Shown one piece after another: positions 1 to 10,149 of a DNA stretch of 64,000 bases. The stretch covers positions 256,001-320,000 of the forward strand of contig CAVRCF010000005.1 of NCBI GenBank assembly GCA_963719505.1, given 5' to 3'. Made by a program: the position numbers and the translations under genes. The notes beneath the pieces were generated by a model. That model saw nothing but the letters and a program-made list of their open reading frames with translations. It was not told the origin of the DNA and ran no database searches. The first letter of the stretch is position 1, and each line of letters begins with the position of its first letter. Source of the stretch: Halobacteriovoraceae bacterium. GTDB taxonomy: Bacteria > Bdellovibrionota > Bacteriovoracia > Bacteriovoracales > Bacteriovoracaceae.

Positions 1-1
1 T

Positions 2-1459
2 TTTGGCTCAACCCAAGCTATTGCGATAAAAGAGGCGGGAAAAGTACAAGATACAGCGTCTATCACAGGTGCAGTTGAAGTTTCAAAATTAAATAGTAAA
101 AAATACGAGACTATAGATTGGAGTACTGTTAAGCCAACTCAAGTTTCAACAGACAGTTCATTTTGGAAGGAGAAAGCCACTGAATTTGAGCTTTGTGACG
201 AAATGAAAGAAGACTCTGGTGAATGTAAGTATGAAGACAAAAAAGTGAGAAGCTCTTCAATAGTTTCAGCTTTTAAAGACTTCGAATTTGATATTGGTCC
301 AGATTATATGAAATCAAAAATCTCTTTTTGTACTCAGCACGTCGTGAGAAACATGTGTGAAGTTTATAGATGTAGAAATGTCTATACTACAACTTCTAAA
401 AAAGAGGCTTTGGACTATTGTACTGAACTTGGTATGAACGTAACGTATACAAGTCAAATAACCCCACTCCCAACAGATGGTGACGAAGCTGCGGGAATAA
501 AGGCTTGTGGACTTGTCGATAGACTTAAAGAATACCGAAAAGTTATTGGTGCTCTAGGAGAGATAGATAAATTAAATGATTCCAGTAAAGTTGGAGATAA
601 AGGTTTTGCCATAACAAGTACTTTTTCAAAAACATATAATGGTGGTAAAGGCGAAAAATCCATAGAAGATATTACCACCATTGCCTCTGCTGAATTTAAA
701 GACGTTAAATTTGTCGATGAAGCTGAGCTGCAAAAACTAAAAGATGAATGTTTTGTTGGTGGAGAATTTGATAGCTCAAACAAAGATTGTGAAGTTCTTG
801 TAAAAAATGAACTAGACGAAGAAAAATCCTTATCCATTAGAGCAGAAATGGAAGCTGAAACATCCGCTTATTTAGAAAGAGTTAATCAACTCAAAGAGAA
901 AAATGACAAAGAAGGTTTACTTGAATTTCTAAAAGAGCAAGGTTTAGATGCAAAATATGGAGATTTGGAACCCGAAGAGTTGGCAAAATTAATCGAGGAT
1001 CAATATAAATCTCAAAGAGCATCATTGAAAAAGTCGATGATGGATAAATATAATAAAACGAGGGATGCTGGGAAGGGGGCACCGACTGATGAAGCTAAGG
1101 CAACAGCAAAAGCAGAGGCTCTTGCTGATGTTGCAAAGTCTAATGTCGTCAATATGGAAAAAGAAAAAGAAAAACTTGAAACTCTTTTACAATACAATAA
1201 TATTTTAACTTCTTATCTTGGCGCTACTATTGGCAGTGGAGATGATAAAGTTGAGACAACTTTATCCTACCAAAGACAAATAGAACTTGATCAAGGAAAT
1301 GATGAATTTGTTGATAAATATGAAACTTACTTTGATGACCAAGGCGCTTCTCAGTCGACAGAAAATACAAACTTACAGGTTGATTTAAACTTTATTGATT
1401 CTTTATTGGGTAATTCGAAAGAGTCAGATGCAGTATTAGAGAAAAAAGGACCTAATTAA
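2..1459 (+). CDS. Hypothetical protein, 5'-truncated by the window edge, Cys-containing with coiled-coil C-terminus
   Basis: The frame is open from position 2 and in frame with track ORF 203..1459. No recognisable family motif. Confidence 0.75.
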   Translation, partial: FGSTQAIAIKEAGKVQDTASITGAVEVSKLNSKKYETIDWSTVKPTQVSTDSSFWKEKATEFELCDEMKEDSGECKYEDKKVRSSSIVSAFKDFEFDIGPDYMKSKISFCTQHVVRNMCEVYRCRNVYTTTSKKEALDYCTELGMNVTYTSQITPLPTDGDEAAGIKACGLVDRLKEYRKVIGALGEIDKLNDSSKVGDKGFAITSTFSKTYNGGKGEKSIEDITTIASAEFKDVKFVDEAELQKLKDECFVGGEFDSSNKDCEVLVKNELDEEKSLSIRAEMEAETSAYLERVNQLKEKNDKEGLLEFLKEQGLDAKYGDLEPEELAKLIEDQYKSQRASLKKSMMDKYNKTRDAGKGAPTDEAKATAKAEALADVAKSNVVNMEKEKEKLETLLQYNNILTSYLGATIGSGDDKVETTLSYQRQIELDQGNDEFVDKYETYFDDQGASQSTENTNLQVDLNFIDSLLGNSKESDAVLEKKGPN

Positions 1460-1461
1460 AA

Positions 1462-2886
1462 ATGTTACTTAAGCTCCTCTGTGTTTTTATTATTTTCTCC
1501 TGTGCTCAAGCCCCTAAAGTAAAGAAAATAAAGGTCCTTCCCAAAGATATATATTCAAATTTTAGAAATATTGATCTTTTTTATGGCCCCAATTACTCAT
1601 ATTTCCAACCAATTGCTTATCCTCTTAGTAAGTCTGAGATGACAGTCGATATCATAGAGTCACCGATTGGGACCTTGTGCAAAGTTGGCTTCTACGGAGT
1701 GGCAAGTGCACAAAAGAGTTTCACGTTGACTGCTAAAAATGCTGGAGAATTTAGGGCCATCTATTGTCGTTACAATAACTTTCTAGATTATGGATCCATG
1801 GAAATAAGAGTAAAGTACACGATTAAAAAATATGAAGTTGTTGAAACAAAAGTCGACAAAAGAGCGACTGAAGTCCTTTTTAAAAGCTTTTTAACTAATC
1901 CCAGTAAAGACCTTATCGACTATAGTGTAGAGTCTTCTCCAGTAAATGGCTTTCTTATTTTGGATGAAGATAACAAATATACTGCCTCTAAAAAAGTCTA
2001 TGATTCTACGGTAAAGATCCAGTCCTATAGTCTGTCGAAATATCCAATTAATTGCAAGATTGGTGAATTTGCCATTGATAGAAACCAGTCTTATATTGTT
2101 CATAATTTTACAGGTCTTGTTAGTTGTTCTGCCAAAGAGAAGGTCGTTGTCACCTTTAAATCTCAAAGCCAAACAAGCCTTCGCAATAGACTCAATGAAG
2201 CCACTAAACCTGAGGAGCTCTTTGATGAGCAAAAATTAGAACTCAATGAACAGCTTTTCTCGATAGATACATCTATAGAAAATAGAGTCTCTGATTTTGA
2301 ATTGGCCGTAAAGTCTGCTAGAAAAAATAAATACTCTAAGCTTTTTGATCATCAGGTAAGTGGAAAGAGTACCTTGCAAAATTATCAAGTAAAATTGAGT
2401 CCTCATACTGTGAAGTATGTTGTTGATGGAACTATTCGCTTTACTCAAGAAGTTTCTCGAGTCTCAATTTTTGTTAACTCACACCTTAAAACGAATCTGT
2501 TTGAGTTCGATGCTTTAAATCATCTTTTTGGCCACAATCAATTGGAAGAAATTAGTGAAGTTAGAGATGAGGCTTTTTCAGTATGTGAAGAGTCTGTCGG
2601 TATTTACTACAAGACAGGTAAGATTAAAGCATCTTCTGAATGTACTAAAAAAACGATTCCACTGGATTTTTATCGCTCAAATAAGTTTATTGCCTCTGGT
2701 GATTCACTTGGGGATGGTAAGTTCAAATGGGAAAAAATTGGTGTTCGCTACAACGCTTTTTTAAATGACGAGCAGATCTCTAATCTTGTTTTTAAAGCTA
2801 AAAAAGGTAAACAGTCAGTGCTGGAAGCCCGCGATGATGCATCGATCATCAATAATGAAGTCCAATCAAGTCTTAGTCCTTATTAA
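1462..2886 (+). CDS. Hypothetical lipoprotein
   Basis: 474-aa ORF with hydrophobic N-terminus and lipobox-like IFSC. Confidence 0.7.
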   Translation: MLLKLLCVFIIFSCAQAPKVKKIKVLPKDIYSNFRNIDLFYGPNYSYFQPIAYPLSKSEMTVDIIESPIGTLCKVGFYGVASAQKSFTLTAKNAGEFRAIYCRYNNFLDYGSMEIRVKYTIKKYEVVETKVDKRATEVLFKSFLTNPSKDLIDYSVESSPVNGFLILDEDNKYTASKKVYDSTVKIQSYSLSKYPINCKIGEFAIDRNQSYIVHNFTGLVSCSAKEKVVVTFKSQSQTSLRNRLNEATKPEELFDEQKLELNEQLFSIDTSIENRVSDFELAVKSARKNKYSKLFDHQVSGKSTLQNYQVKLSPHTVKYVVDGTIRFTQEVSRVSIFVNSHLKTNLFEFDALNHLFGHNQLEEISEVRDEAFSVCEESVGIYYKTGKIKASSECTKKTIPLDFYRSNKFIASGDSLGDGKFKWEKIGVRYNAFLNDEQISNLVFKAKKGKQSVLEARDDASIINNEVQSSLSPY

Positions 2887-2978
2887 CCTTGTGCCAATCT
2901 TTTTGGGCTCAATTCTTATCAATATTTTCCTATATGCAGTTTTTTCACAGATTCGATGAATCGTGGTTATAATAAGTC

Positions 2979-3845
2979 ATGCTAAAAGTTAATAATCTAT
3001 CCAAAAAGTACAATGGCCTCATGGTTCTTGACGATATTTCTCTTTCATTCGAGGAGGGAAAGTTTATTACCCTTCTTGGAAAAAATGGCTCCGGTAAGTC
3101 TACTTTGATGAGATTAATCTCCGGTGAGGAACTCTCCAACGATGGCTCCGTTTCCTATCAGGGAGAGGATCTTTCAAAAATGGGATTTTCTAAGACTGGC
3201 GAAATAGGTTTTGTTCACGAAAAACTAAATTATGTGGGGCAAGATTCTATCGGGGATTTTATCTCTAAAATTTCAACTCTTTTTGACAACTGGGATCAAG
3301 AGTATTTTGAGTTTCTTTGTAAGAAAAGAAAGATCTCTTTAGAAAATAGCTTTGAGATGTACTCTAGAGGTCAAAAGATGCAAATTGCTCTGATGATCAA
3401 TATGAGTATGGGGGCCAAGCTTCTTTTGCTCGATGAGATTACTTCAGTCATTGATGTTCACGGAAGGAAGTTCTTTTTAGATGAACTCAAAAAGTTTGTG
3501 CAAAAAGGCAATACCGTTATAATGACGACCAATATTATTAATGAACTTGAGTTCTACACAGACCAACTTGTGATTTTAAAAAACTCAAAAATTGAACTTA
3601 ATATTGATGTTGCAAATTTGGAATACGACTTTATAAAAGTTAGAAAAGTTAAAGACTCTACAAGTGATTTCTTCGAATCCAAGGATTTGATCTGGTCAGG
3701 TGTTAATTCAGATCTTTCAGTCTCGTATATCGTTTCTAAAGATAAGGTTTCTCGAGAGAGTTTGGAAGAGGATATCATTGATAGAAGGGGAGTCACTTTA
3801 GAGGATGTCTTTGTCTATTACTTCTCTGAAGAAGAGGTGCAGTAA
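2979..3845 (+). CDS. ABC transporter ATP-binding protein
   Basis: Walker A GKNGSGKST, signature-like YSRGQ, Walker B LLLLDE. Confidence 0.92.
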   Translation: MLKVNNLSKKYNGLMVLDDISLSFEEGKFITLLGKNGSGKSTLMRLISGEELSNDGSVSYQGEDLSKMGFSKTGEIGFVHEKLNYVGQDSIGDFISKISTLFDNWDQEYFEFLCKKRKISLENSFEMYSRGQKMQIALMINMSMGAKLLLLDEITSVIDVHGRKFFLDELKKFVQKGNTVIMTTNIINELEFYTDQLVILKNSKIELNIDVANLEYDFIKVRKVKDSTSDFFESKDLIWSGVNSDLSVSYIVSKDKVSRESLEEDIIDRRGVTLEDVFVYYFSEEEVQ

Positions 3846-5089
3846 TGATGAAACTCATAAAAGTGTTTTTGACGCCTTTTCTTAAATTGTGGAGTGTCTA
3901 TTTTGCTCTCCATCTTTTCCTTGTGCTCTCCATTAATGCAATTGGTATCTCCTCTTTAAGGGGTAGTTTTTCCGAAGTCATCCTTTTTGTCTTTTTCGGT
4001 TTTCTTCTGATTTCTCCAATTTATTTGAATAATAAAACGAACGTCTTTGTAAAAAATATAAGCTGGATGATTAACTCTTCGAGAAATCGAACTCAGCTTG
4101 TCATCTACTATCACTTAGAACTTATTGTTAGGATCGTGCTAACAGCACTTCCTTTCATCATTTATTATTATACCCTCTCAACTTTTGCAAAGGACGATAC
4201 ATCAGTCGATTCATTTTTACCCGATAATAGCCTCCTTCTATTCCTTGGAACATGGGCATCGGCCAACTTTTTAGGTCTATCGATGGGTGCACTAAATAAG
4301 AATCATCAACTGAGAGCAAGAAAGAAAAATTCTTTTAAAAAGAATCTTCTCTATATAACTTTGTTTCTTTTCGGTATTTACATGGGGGGAGTCATTATTG
4401 AATCTCCTTTGGCCGTAGAAGCATTTTTAATTATCATGTCTTTTTTATTTTTAGTTTACGTTTATTCGACACACTTTGTTCTTTTTCGAACACGGACTCG
4501 TAAGCTTATTTCTATCATCGGATCAGTAATTCTTTTTATTCCTTCAGTTTCTACGCTAGGTACAGCTTTTAAAAATGTAGAGTCCGGAGTTAATCCAATT
4601 GAAAATTATTTTGCTTTAGGATCGCTTGTAAGTTTTGCTGATATTAAAAATAGAAATGAAATTTTTCAGTCCATCGAAGATAAGCATAAAATAAAGAGGT
4701 TTATCGAAATTTCTGAAAGTTCTGAAGATTTAAATACAATTGCTAAGATTAACGCTAGCAATGGAGTTAAATTAAATCATTTTCTATTAATTTGGACGCA
4801 AAGACGACTAGAAGTATTTGAGCTAGAGGATCTTATCTCTAGATTAGAGGGCTTTTCTGACAAAGATCAAAGTCAAATTATTGAGGCAAGATCACTTAGA
4901 GGTATCACTGGTAGGTTTATAATTGCCAATGAGGACTTCATAGATGACCTTATTGCAAGTGGCTCAAAGGTGAGGCAAGCCGTGGCTTTGGAGCTTGAAG
5001 CGACTAGAAAGACTAAAAAAGAGCTTGAATCCTTTAAAAATGGCCTCTCACTCAATCTCACGGATAAGGAATTAGAAGCAATTGAGTAG
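3845..5089 (+). CDS. Membrane protein, probable ABC permease partner
   Basis: About 6-7 hydrophobic segments; TAATG overlap with the ATPase gene. Confidence 0.7.
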   Translation: MMKLIKVFLTPFLKLWSVYFALHLFLVLSINAIGISSLRGSFSEVILFVFFGFLLISPIYLNNKTNVFVKNISWMINSSRNRTQLVIYYHLELIVRIVLTALPFIIYYYTLSTFAKDDTSVDSFLPDNSLLLFLGTWASANFLGLSMGALNKNHQLRARKKNSFKKNLLYITLFLFGIYMGGVIIESPLAVEAFLIIMSFLFLVYVYSTHFVLFRTRTRKLISIIGSVILFIPSVSTLGTAFKNVESGVNPIENYFALGSLVSFADIKNRNEIFQSIEDKHKIKRFIEISESSEDLNTIAKINASNGVKLNHFLLIWTQRRLEVFELEDLISRLEGFSDKDQSQIIEARSLRGITGRFIIANEDFIDDLIASGSKVRQAVALELEATRKTKKELESFKNGLSLNLTDKELEAIE

Positions 5090-5172
5090 TTAAAGGTGTG
5101 AAAATTTAGGTATATCCCCTTTTATTTGTCTTACCTTCGGTGTAGGTTGTCGCCTTAACACTGGGGAAAGAT

Positions 5173-5751
5173 ATGATTAAAAGGTTAGGGGTAATTGCCC
5201 TATTATTGATTTCGTTTTCAAGTATTGCTGCAGATATTGAAAGCTTGGAAAAACTCTTCACAAAAAATTATAATTCATTCTATACGCCTAGGTTCTGTGG
5301 CCGAAATATCGAAAAATTTGTCAAAGTTGCTCATCAAAACGGTATTGATCTAAGCAACTCATACGTCGCCAAGATTGTCGGTGGTGGTTTTTTAGAGACA
5401 AGTGCCTTTTACTCTCGCACCAATCCAAATGATAGAGTTATGATTGGATATTTTCACATGGTTTTAGTCGCTGATGGATATGTGTTTGACTTTGATCTAG
5501 GGGAGCCCGCTGTTCTCAAGCTCTCAGACTATGTAAGGCTTCAATTTACGCCTCCTTATGAGCCTTTTAGAATTTACGGTATTGACTACACAGCTAAAAG
5601 CAATCCTGGATCTTGGGATGTAACGGCATTTGAGACACTCAAATATGGTCGTGGAATCGAGTCCAAGCTTTGGAAAAAACAGATAAAAGATCTTATTTCA
5701 ATGGATAGAATGATGAGCACTCATAGAATGGGTGTTCTCAATAGCTTATAA
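5173..5751 (+). CDS. Secreted protein with putative Cys-His-Asp triad (NTAQ1/transglutaminase-like)
   Basis: Signal peptide; motifs FCGRNI, YFHMVLV and VFDFDL resemble the Nt-Gln-amidase motifs CEEN, YHV and DLD. Confidence 0.55.
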   Translation: MIKRLGVIALLLISFSSIAADIESLEKLFTKNYNSFYTPRFCGRNIEKFVKVAHQNGIDLSNSYVAKIVGGGFLETSAFYSRTNPNDRVMIGYFHMVLVADGYVFDFDLGEPAVLKLSDYVRLQFTPPYEPFRIYGIDYTAKSNPGSWDVTAFETLKYGRGIESKLWKKQIKDLISMDRMMSTHRMGVLNSL

Positions 5752-5842
5752 ATGAGAAAAATTAGATAACCAATATTTTATTATTAATATGGATCTACTA
5801 AGAGCATTCGACTAAAGTGCAAAAAAACTTCAAAGGATCAAT

Positions 5843-6253
5843 ATGAGATTTTTATTTTTAATATTTCTTTTATCAGTAAGCACGAGCGCTCTAGCTGAGA
5901 CGGGAATAAAGATTACACAAAACAAATATGGTAAGGTTAAGGTTCTCTATGTGACATCAGAAACGGCACTTGGTCTTGAAGAATTTGATGATACTTATAA
6001 TAACCTTTTATCGGCTTGCTTTTACGGAAAGACTTCTCATATTAAATCAATCTTAGTCAAAATGGCAGAGAATTCTGGGATCTCAGATTCTCAGGGTATC
6101 CCTTTTCCAACTTATGATGAAGATGGATATGAACTAGAAGGGAACTTTATCTCGATTGAGAATACTGCCTTGGCCTTAGCCGTGGCTATTAACTATAACT
6201 ACACTGACGAGCTTGGAATCAATCTTGATTTAGAGCTTAGAAGTTGCAAATAA
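5843..6253 (+). CDS. Secreted hypothetical protein
   Basis: Signal peptide ending ALA; AAGGA ribosome-binding site upstream. Confidence 0.75.
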   Translation: MRFLFLIFLLSVSTSALAETGIKITQNKYGKVKVLYVTSETALGLEEFDDTYNNLLSACFYGKTSHIKSILVKMAENSGISDSQGIPFPTYDEDGYELEGNFISIENTALALAVAINYNYTDELGINLDLELRSCK

Positions 6254-6270
6254 ATATAACGGAGCAAAGT

Positions 6271-6726
6271 ATGAAAAATTCAATAGGGCTTATTCTTTTA
6301 TTTATCTCATCATTATCTTTCGGATCAACGACATACGATATTGAATGTGTCTCTGACGAAGCCTATACAGATCTTGGGTCAGCAAACCTCAAGTTAAAGT
6401 CAAAGATAACAGTTAATGGCGAGAATAATTACGTTTTAGATCGTGGATCATTTCAGTTTTTTATCGAAGATGCTTGGACTGACCAGAATGTTTCTGTTGA
6501 TTCCATTGAAAATTACAAAAAATACAATCCAAGAGTCTATAAGGGATATGCAAAGTTTCCAAGTATATCGAGAGAGTTTTTTGGTAAGGTGGATTTTATA
6601 GTTCCACACGAGGCCCTTTTAACGGGTGCAAATTCTTTTACTGGAGTTTTCATTCTTACTTGGGTTGAAGATCACTGGGGCGGAACTATAACGGCAGAAT
6701 GTGAGTTAGAGGCTCCAGTACTATAA
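6271..6726 (+). CDS. Secreted hypothetical protein
   Basis: ATG at 6271 with GGAG upstream (track start 6244); signal peptide. Confidence 0.75.
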   Translation: MKNSIGLILLFISSLSFGSTTYDIECVSDEAYTDLGSANLKLKSKITVNGENNYVLDRGSFQFFIEDAWTDQNVSVDSIENYKKYNPRVYKGYAKFPSISREFFGKVDFIVPHEALLTGANSFTGVFILTWVEDHWGGTITAECELEAPVL

Positions 6727-6735
6727 GAATGAATG

Positions 6736-6751
6736 CGCACGATAAGAAACA
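6736..6751 (+). repeat. 16-bp direct repeat, left copy (CGCACGATAAGAAACA)
   Basis: Identical to 14929..14944. Confidence 0.85.
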
Positions 6752-6959
6752 ATGAGCCAACACATACTTTTTAATAACTTAAGAATACCTACGATATCAA
6801 TCATTTATTAGTCTTAACCAACGTCTATCCCATCTGAGAGGGGGTAAGCGTTGGTCGTACAGTTGAATAAGTATGAACAAGGTTGAACACCTTTTTTACT
6901 TGTCGGTCCCCTTAAAGACCCCTCGTGAATATCTCATTACTTACTCTTAATATAACAAA

Positions 6960-6972
6960 TGATCACTGATCA
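6960..6972. promoter_or_regulatory. Palindromic operator-like site TGATCA-C-TGATCA
   Basis: Conserved exactly in both cassette upstream regions (also 46960..46972). Confidence 0.4.
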
Positions 6973-7112
6973 AAGCAGAAATCGCCACTTATTTTTGTCG
7001 AATATCTGGATCTTTAAATTTTTTCCCATCCTTAATTTAAATTAATTTACGATGGTTAGTCCCTGTTTAAGGGTGTTAAGAACTTTTCTACATGGCATTA
7101 AGAAATCTTACA

Positions 7113-7139
7113 TAAATTACTTCTTGTTCTGTCCGATAC
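7113..7139 (+). promoter_or_regulatory. Putative sigma28 (FliA) promoter TAAA-N15-TCCGATAC
   Basis: Matches consensus TAAA-N15-GCCGATAA; the -10 box is conserved in copy 2 (46792..46799, minus strand). Confidence 0.5.
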
Positions 7140-7175
7140 TGTATCCAACCAATCAACTATCTTTTTGAGGTTCAT

Positions 7176-9656
7176 ATGAAACTAGTCATTGTTTTATTTT
7201 TATCATTATTTTCACTTTTGGCTCTCAGCCAATCTTCAAAATATAAAAGCCCATCTTACAAGAGCGAAATGATAAAAAAATATAAGAAAAAAAATATGAT
7301 GAAGTATAGTGGTCAAAAGACCCGTGCTTCTAATAAAAAAGCAAAAAAATTTGATGACATGACTATGCTTAAAAGAGGAAAGAAAATTAGTCACTATATT
7401 TATGCTGATCAGTCTAGATTTGTTAAAAGAACATATCTAGAGGAGAAGAAGAGTTTTCTAAAGAAGTTAGTGAATAAACTGTTCGGCAAGATTCAAGTTA
7501 CTGAACTTGAATCAAGTAACGAAAATGAATTAAAATTGAGGCTTGATAGCAAGAAGGATAGGTACCTGGTAAGAAAGATATACTACAAACTTGGAGGTAT
7601 ATTTTCCCAGACATACACCGTTGAGACTATTGTAGAGGGGGAGGATATAGTTGCTGTAATTGATATTTCTTCTCTTCCTGTAGGTGAGTATAAAGCTTAT
7701 TTCAAATTTATTTATGAAAAAAATGAGAAAAATAAAAAGAGTAAGAAAAAATCAAAACTTTACTCAACTTACGGTTATGGAGTTTTTGAGAAAAAAGAAA
7801 AATTAATAAATATCCTTGCAGACATACAGGTTCAACATGATCAAAGCCGTGGCTTTGTTAGTGTTGATGCATCAGGATCGACTTCCGACGCAGGGGACAT
7901 TGTAAGCTTCACTTATATATCACTAAAAGACGGTCTTGAAATAAACAGATTTACCTCTGAATACTCTGGTGAAAATGTCGCTTTTCAAGAATCTGGAACA
8001 TTCGAAATTCAAGTTGAAATTGAAGATAGTGCCGGCAATAAGTCTTTGAGTGAGAAGCGTGTCGTTCAAATAAGTAATGCAACACCGATAACGCTCTTTA
8101 ACGTCACTCAAGTGGAAGGTTTTAATGGACATTTTCTCATTGATGCAAGTGCTAGTTCTGACTTTGAAGATGGTAAGGCATCGCTATTTAGATATGTTTT
8201 GTATTCTTTTAGTCCAGAAAATGGAGTTGAGATATTCATTGACCACTATACAACTGAGGACAATTATACAATTGCTGTTCCTGAGGCTAATAAAGACTAT
8301 AGATTAACAGTAAGAGCTTTTGACTCCACAGACCAATTTGCTCTCGGAGACGTTGTGGATATTAGATTCGATGGTGACAGAATATCACCAAAACTGGTTG
8401 ACTACTATCTCGCCACAGATGAAAATTTCTCAAACATTAAATATTTTGGAGCATTCTTCAATTCAAGTAAACCAATAACACAGTTTGTATATTCAGTAAC
8501 TCATGAAGATGGAGAATCATTAGCGCTATTCCAAGACTCATCTGTAAGAGATAGTGGGGTAGAACTTACTAAACCAGGACTTTGGACATATGAATTCTAT
8601 GGTATCGACGAAGATGGAAACAAATCGGATGTTTTAAAAATAACTGAAGAGAATACTTGGACAAAAGAGGGCTTTACCCCTGTCGCAATCTTCAACGCCA
8701 TTGATATCAGTGGTCACGATCCAAGAATTCAATATATCTACACTGGATTCGAAGATAAGTTTGGTGAGGTTGTTAGCTATAGCTATACAAAAGCCGAGCA
8801 TGAGGATGGTACACAAATTCAAGCCCTAAATGTTGATTTTAGCGATATAGCAAAAGAATTTAGATTTCCAAAGAAAGGAACTTATAATTTCACAGTTGTA
8901 GCGGCCGACAATGACGGAAATACTTCGGAGCCTTATAGCTTTTCACACTTTATTGACTGGGGAGATTTCGTTCCGACAGCTGCAATAAGCTATGAGAGAG
9001 ACTCCGAGGATCTTTTTTTGATAAGAGTTAGTTCTGATAGCTCAGAGCCATCGTTTGATATAACTCATCAATTTAGAGCTATCCATACTGATGGTTCGAC
9101 TTTATCATTCGATTACATCGATAGTGTTCAGAATATTAGTCTCTCGAAAAGTGGAGAATGGACGATTACTTATAATATCAAAGATCAGTTCAATAAAGAA
9201 TCAGAGCCATTTGTATTCTCTTTTGTTGTTTTTCAAACACTCCCCGATGGTGAAGTTATACCAGTTGATCCAGGTGAGGAAGGTAAGCGAACAATTGCTG
9301 GTATTGATGCTGATAACGATGGTGTTAGGGATGATCTTGAAGTATTTTTACAAACAAGAAATCTCGATCTCAATAAGCGCAATACCTTATTAGAGTATAT
9401 CAAGAAAATGCAAAATGGATTAGAGGGTAGCGATGAAGAATTAGTAACAAGTGGTTACGAGGTTATTGATTATCGATACTGCTTGAAGAGCAGGTTTGAT
9501 GAAGAAGAACTTTCAAACTTAGAAAAGAAGCTTAAAGTAAAAATGTATAACTCTAGAGATAGGCTTCACGCATGGGCAAGAAGCCAAGTCGCTTTCTCAG
9601 GTCAAGTTTTTGCGATAGAAACAAACAAGGATAAATATAGTGAATATTGTAATTAA
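7176..9656 (+). CDS. Secreted surface protein A1: Lys-rich N-terminus, PKD/Ig-like repeats, C-terminal GVRDD domain
   Basis: Signal peptide; PKD-like DASGSTSDAGDIVSF, DASASSD and TYNFTVVAADNDGN; C-terminal PVDPGEEGKRTIAGIDADNDGVRDDLE. Confidence 0.85.
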   Translation: MKLVIVLFLSLFSLLALSQSSKYKSPSYKSEMIKKYKKKNMMKYSGQKTRASNKKAKKFDDMTMLKRGKKISHYIYADQSRFVKRTYLEEKKSFLKKLVNKLFGKIQVTELESSNENELKLRLDSKKDRYLVRKIYYKLGGIFSQTYTVETIVEGEDIVAVIDISSLPVGEYKAYFKFIYEKNEKNKKSKKKSKLYSTYGYGVFEKKEKLINILADIQVQHDQSRGFVSVDASGSTSDAGDIVSFTYISLKDGLEINRFTSEYSGENVAFQESGTFEIQVEIEDSAGNKSLSEKRVVQISNATPITLFNVTQVEGFNGHFLIDASASSDFEDGKASLFRYVLYSFSPENGVEIFIDHYTTEDNYTIAVPEANKDYRLTVRAFDSTDQFALGDVVDIRFDGDRISPKLVDYYLATDENFSNIKYFGAFFNSSKPITQFVYSVTHEDGESLALFQDSSVRDSGVELTKPGLWTYEFYGIDEDGNKSDVLKITEENTWTKEGFTPVAIFNAIDISGHDPRIQYIYTGFEDKFGEVVSYSYTKAEHEDGTQIQALNVDFSDIAKEFRFPKKGTYNFTVVAADNDGNTSEPYSFSHFIDWGDFVPTAAISYERDSEDLFLIRVSSDSSEPSFDITHQFRAIHTDGSTLSFDYIDSVQNISLSKSGEWTITYNIKDQFNKESEPFVFSFVVFQTLPDGEVIPVDPGEEGKRTIAGIDADNDGVRDDLEVFLQTRNLDLNKRNTLLEYIKKMQNGLEGSDEELVTSGYEVIDYRYCLKSRFDEEELSNLEKKLKVKMYNSRDRLHAWARSQVAFSGQVFAIETNKDKYSEYCN

Positions 9657-10149
9657 GTTACTGACATTAATAACGTTCGTTTCATGTACTCAAGAGAGAC
9701 TAATCGTTGATGGTGCTCTTGAACCACCTGCTCCTGGATTTTTCGAGAAGGATGCTACATTGTTAGGAGTTGACTCAAATGAGAATGGAATACGAGACGA
9801 TGTAGAAAGATTTATAAATAGAGAATATAAAACGGCAAACTTTCGGAACGCAGCAAGGCAATACGCTTTTGCTGCTCAAAAAATTATGCGACAAGGTTTA
9901 AGCCAAAAAAGAAAAAGAGAATTCGTGCAAGAGTTAATGCTAGGTACAAGATGCTTTAGAGCATTTACTTATAAAATAGAGGCTAGTGAGTATAGTAAGT
10001 CTTTAGTCGAAAATGTATTTAATACATCGGATCGAGACAGCAAGTACAAGGATGCAACTAAAACTTTAAATGGATCATTGCTTCGATATTATCATACTTA
10101 TGAAGACAGAGTAAAAGGTTGTAACTTCGATGTTACTGAGGAGATTTAA
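9640..10149 (+). CDS. Lipoprotein B1, stand-alone GVRDD domain
   Basis: GTG start overlapping the upstream stop; lipobox FVSC; TLLGVDSNENGIRDDVE. Confidence 0.85.
   Translation: MNIVIKLLTLITFVSCTQERLIVDGALEPPAPGFFEKDATLLGVDSNENGIRDDVERFINREYKTANFRNAARQYAFAAQKIMRQGLSQKRKREFVQELMLGTRCFRAFTYKIEASEYSKSLVENVFNTSDRDSKYKDATKTLNGSLLRYYHTYEDRVKGCNFDVTEEI

Larger units (their letters stand above)
6922..8962 (+). repeat. ~2.04-kb inverted repeat, copy 1 (promoter plus first 596 codons)
   Basis: Reverse complement aligns with 44969..47010. The proteins are colinear without indels up to FIDWG (aa 596), roughly 90-95% identical by eye. Confidence 0.95.

Noticed and set aside
6817-6855. Imperfect hairpin ACCAACG...CGTTGGT as a riboswitch or ncRNA
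   Set aside because: No recognisable aptamer motif, and it is absent from the second cassette's upstream region.
7923-9393. Short alternative-frame ORFs repeated in both A genes (e.g. 8125..8307 and 45624..45806)
   Set aside because: Their recurrence follows from the nucleotide-level duplication and is not independent evidence of coding.
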